Below, in pieces: positions 50,234 through 54,662 of a DNA stretch of 54,662 nucleotides. A program made the translations under genes and the position numbers. The DNA is taken from positions 142,067 through 196,728 of the forward strand of contig NMRA01000578.1 of assembly GCA_002633005.1 (NCBI GenBank). Reading direction: 5' to 3'. The first letter of the stretch is position 1. Each line of letters begins with the position of its first letter. The notes under the pieces are model-generated. The model had not been told where the DNA came from. It ran no database searches and saw only the letters and a list, made by a program, of their open reading frames with translations. The DNA is from Phoronis australis (taxonomy: Eukaryota > Animalia > Phoronida).

Positions 50234-51774
50234 TTTGTTAACTCCTGAAAATACTCAATAAGCAACACAGAACATAATGACTGCAGTTTGACTCAAATGC
50301 TTAAAACCAGAAATACGTATTATCTTAAGCCCCATTTATCATTATTAGATCAATAACGGTATTCCGACTACTTGACTTTATATTTTATCATGCATAGAGA
50401 TCGATTTTTTCTATAACAAAAATAGTGTATAAAACACTGGATTTGAGATACCATGCGATTTCTACCGTTTAGTTATGTCTTATTACGAAGTAGAAACCCA
50501 GCTTAAATACAATTACAGGATTTACACAAAAAATATATCTTTTCATGGCCTACAGGTGGCGTGCAAACCAGAAGTTTTTCGTGATTTTCCCATTCTAGTT
50601 CCATGCTGTGTCGTGGCGTAAAACCATATCAGAATGAGAAGCTCCTGAATATTGTGACCAGTATTAATTGATATTTAATATTGTGATTTCCACCAGAATC
50701 ACGAATAAAGAAGCTAAAAATTTCCTCGTAAATAACCTGGCAGCGACAGAAACTTGGATAGTTCTGCACCGTTCCATGTTTCCATGTACCGTAGTTCATA
50801 CAGCAGCATTGACCTTCTTAAAATACACTCTTATTTTCATTTGTTTTGTACATTTGCTCTCAGCTAATAAAGTTGTAAAATCTATCCCGTCCAACAACTA
50901 CCCCGAAAATTTTTCTTTTCGGTCGTTAAGCCGATAATATCCCATATTAAGTTTCGCGTCTTAGTCTGAGCTAAGTCATATGTTCAAAGATTTTAAAAAT
51001 TCTGAGCACTAGTGCAAAATGCAAAGACTTCGATTTTAATTAAGAATTTGTCAACATACCCCAACAGTCTCATCTCGCGGTTGTCATTTTCATCGTCGAC
51101 AGAGTGTTGCTAAACTGAGGCGACGCACACTTTTCGAGGCTCAATGTTTTTAAATTGTGAACATTTTTGGTAAACGAACTAAAGAATACCTCCGCTTTTG
51201 CGCTTCATCAGACAAAGTACTATCGTTGAAAACTGGAAGAGGTAGGTCACCGTATTTGAGAGTTTGAATTATTTTGTGGCCAAACCCAAAATCAAAACAG
51301 AACAATTAGACTTGCCATTTTAACTTTGAATATTCAAATGAATTATCGATTTAAACAAAATACCTGTAAATGTCTGACTTCAAACATGAGAACAAATACC
51401 TTTATACAAGACGTAAATTGAAAAGTTGTTTCCCTCCGTGCAACCGATCGTAAAATATGTTTTATCTGAAACCTGGCAAAATGTTTTTTCAGTTGTATTT
51501 CTGATACACTTATTGCATCAAAAATGAATGTCCCTGACAATAAAAAGTAGAAAAATGAAATACTTACTTACCAAACTTACCTACCTCAGACGGATGACGG
51601 TCGGGCGTGGGGAAATAGGCAATATTTTAAGAGTGGCCCAATATGGCGTTTCCTCACAATCAAATACTTGTGTAACTTTCTAAAATAGCTTTTCAAAACC
51701 CGTCAAAGAATTCGTTTCCTTTCTGAAGGAATCTCTATAACTCCATACAATATCAAGAGTTCTTATACTTTTAC

Positions 51775-51815
51775 CTGCAATATATCTTCTTAACACCTGC
51801 TTGTCAAATGATGTT
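51775..51815 (-). other. Putative non-coding first exon (5' UTR) of lectin gene B; upstream boundary uncertain
   Basis: Acceptor gtattttcag precedes the ATG at 50233; donor CAG|GTAAAA at 51775 resembles the gene A candidate. Alternative donors exist near 51570-51580. Confidence 0.3.
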
Positions 51816-52086
51816 TAAATTGAACTGGTGTTACTGTCACACCCACACCAACACAACCTTTGACCCAAGCTGCTAATGGCCAGTTTCGACGAACCCATTT
51901 AGGCCTCACCCACCATAAAATTCCCACAATTATGTCGGAGGTTCCATGTCAGCGTGCTGCAACAATTACAGCTTCACTTTGATGTGTTCCCAATGGTAAT
52001 TCACCGACTCTTTTTACCGAGTCACACGATCACAAAGACCCCGGAGTGGAATTTTGTACCGGTGCGATAAAACTCTTACCTAGAGA

Positions 52087-52159
52087 CATGGGTGGCGCAC
52101 CATAGGGGGATGAGGGCGCTATAGCCCCTCCCACTTATGTCAGTGCTGCGCCGCCCATG
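52087..52159. mobile_element. 73-bp mini-MITE
   Basis: TIR CATGGG(T/C)GGCGCA; flanks AGAGA/ACAGA (4/5 match). Confidence 0.5.
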
Positions 52160-54088
52160 ACAGAGTCATATTCAGGATTCCAAGTCTGTCTCCTATGCAC
52201 CCATTCATAAATTACTAACCTCCTCCCTTCAAGTAGGCTTCATTTACTGTTGTTTTACACTGCACACAAATGTTCAGTGATACGATTAGATGAGCTAAGC
52301 TATTCTATTGCACAGTGTTTTCCGTCACATGTGATTAGATAGCGTAAAGTTTTGCTGGTGGTCACTGGTGGAATACACGAGTCATGTCAGGATGGTCACG
52401 TTTCCATAAGTAACATGTGCATCACCCACATATATGATTGTAACCTTAAAAGTATTCTAAGCCCTGTTTTGATGATTTCGACCAATCCTCATTTTTTAAA
52501 GAAAATGGAATCTGAGTGATGATGAAAAAACAGAAGCTGCTGGTAAGACGTCAATTTTAATCGAAGCCTTAGTGTCAAACCTTAACTTAGGACGATTCCC
52601 AAAGCAATCACGTCATTTTTGCAAACACAAAAACGGATTTGTTTTTTGGGCAATTGAAGACTATTTTAAATACAACGAATTTGTTACGAACTGATTGCAC
52701 AAAATATAAAACATGTAATAAGCATTAAAAAAGTAGGTTTCGCACGAAAACGCTGTGGACCATAAACAAGTAGGCCTAGGTATCTTTGTAACAAATTAGA
52801 AGTTAAATCGTGTTGGTGCAATGGTAAAGCACACGTGCTCTATCCGCCAGGTCGTGAGTTTGAGTCTGTGATACGTGCAGTTTTTCCTGTTTGACACTTT
52901 CTCCGTGTTTTTTTTTTGCCTTTTTTTCTTGGATAGTACTTCGGTAATCAAGGAAAATGCTCGATTTTTAGAGGAAAAAACAGAAAAAATTCCTGGGCGG
53001 GAGGAGGGCAAACCCCCCTCTCGACCTCCCCCCATTCGGTGTTATGCACATCTACAATCGTGCTTTGAGCAAATGTTTACAGACAAAATGTTGGGCCCCC
53101 CTTGTGATATCCTAGATCCGCCACTGTACGATTTGGTCAGGAGCCACTCTGTGTTCGGCATATCTCAGTTAAGGAATCGTGTTCCGACCAAACACAAAAG
53201 CGGCGTTACGATGAAGGACTCGCCCCCTTGTAAGTGTATTTCCAAATTTTACAAATAACGAACCAAAACTGCTTCCATTCTAGGGCGAGTGATGCCACAC
53301 CCTCCACCCCGGCCCAGATCGAGCGCCACGACACGTTGGCCTATGCATTGTGTTTAGACCGTGCTCATTCTACCATGGTAATGGCGAATTCGAGTGACCC
53401 CAGTGGCCTTTTATCAGCGATTATTAAGTGTCTGTTTTGTGAATATTGACCACCCTTTGGTTCAGTTGGTTGTGGCTCACATAGGTCTGCCGCATTTCTC
53501 GTGCAAGTGGGTCGAGTTTATATGGCCTCAAAGCCAAGTTCGCTAAGTTGGAAATCGAATTCGTTGTCTGATTCTTCTTGTACTTGAGTGTGATGCCCGT
53601 ATCCACTCTCATCCACAAGCGCTTGGGTTTATCGCAAATGACGTCACTCAATAATATATATAAGAAAACATAAAGATTGGACACTTAAACTTTGCCAGGC
53701 CGAGGCTCCCAACTTCAACCGTCCAAAATCCAAATAAAATCTGCGTGCACCTCCCTCAGTCTGGTGTTGCATAAACTTTCGAAGCCTTATCTTTCCTAGA
53801 TCCCATTAACTGTCTTCGTGAGTGGTGAATTGGCGATGGAATTTTCAAAACAATCTCAAAACTCTGAATTCAAGGACCTGAAATAGTAAACATGGCGGAT
53901 TTCAGTTGTGCTTCAACTTGTACGCCTGTCGTAGGTGAAACTTCGAGTTTGAGCAAGCAACTTATATTTCAAATTCAATAATTCTAATCCAAAACTCAAC
54001 TAATTGAGAATGTTAAAGTTAGTATTTTAATGATTATTTGTACTGACGGCTCATTTTAGCCCTTAACTTAGAATTTTATTACATAAAT

Positions 54089-54252
54089 ATAGATTATTAC
54101 ATGGCGAAGTCGTTATCCCCCGTTATCTAGAGCCCGAGTGGATTTTGGAAAATTATCGCCCGAGGGGCGTTAGCCCCGAGGGTGATAATTCTCCACAATC
54201 CACGAGGGCTCTAGATAAGGGGGATAACGGCTGAGAACATGTAATAATCTAT
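54089..54252. repeat. ~165-bp imperfect palindrome, probable foldback MITE
   Basis: ATAGATTATTACATG..TTATCTAGAGCCC..GTGGATT mirrored by AATCCAC..GGGCTCTAGATAA..CATGTAATAATCTAT around a GC-rich centre. Confidence 0.75.
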
Positions 54253-54662
54253 TTATACCACATACTAAACGAAAAACATTGCAATGAATCGATTTACCTT
54301 TTCTGACTCTCCACGGCTTTGTAACTACTTTCTATGTCAGAGGCCCGAGGTCGGAGGTCGTGACCTTTGAAGAAAAGCCCGGCTATTTTTGTCAAATAAT
54401 GCTTTTACTCAAAACCAATTGAAAACTTAAATATTATAGAAATAAATTGAATTTATAAATTAAGGTTTACCAACTATTATAGCTTAAAAGACGTTTTTTC
54501 ACGCTAAACTTCGACCGGGAAATTATCGTCTGCTAAAGTAGGTTACCACTGGTAACTGAATATAATTCTCAAGTCAAAAATCCTGACGACACGATACCCG
54601 CATTCAAACTAGAGATCGGTGATTTACAAGTAAGAGGACATGAGAGAAAAATTTCACCGAAT

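Overview
Intron-rich, AT-rich animal genomic DNA, probably from a marine invertebrate (species not determinable from the window). I reconstructed four spliced genes by hand as two tandem pairs arranged tail-to-tail. (1) Two + strand, 3-exon Ly6/uPAR three-finger genes (1424-5201, 127 aa; 13852-17995, 132 aa), each with a signal peptide, 10 Cys, CCxxxxCN and a GPI-type tail. (2) Two - strand genes with 6 coding exons (22357-31710, 264 aa; 43517-50233, 249 aa), each encoding a secreted SUEL/rhamnose-binding lectin inside an unusual prepro-protein: signal peptide, propeptide, furin site (RKKR/RSKR), FWxxLW, 3-Cys module, SUEL domain with a 9th Cys, 3-Cys module, (F/Y)WGGLW-GR amidation signal, acidic C-terminal propeptide. 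This predicted cationic, GLW-amidated lectin family is the most interesting signal. The rest is transposon debris: two inverted THAP-bearing TTAA (Kolobok-like) elements bracketing a Penelope GIY-YIG fragment with a variant hammerhead motif, Gypsy and LINE remnants, an ISL2EU-like THAP element, a Helentron-like element carrying CTCF-like motifs, MITEs, a tRNA-SINE and microsatellites. Most ORFs in the supplied track are spurious. All models are unverified manual predictions.
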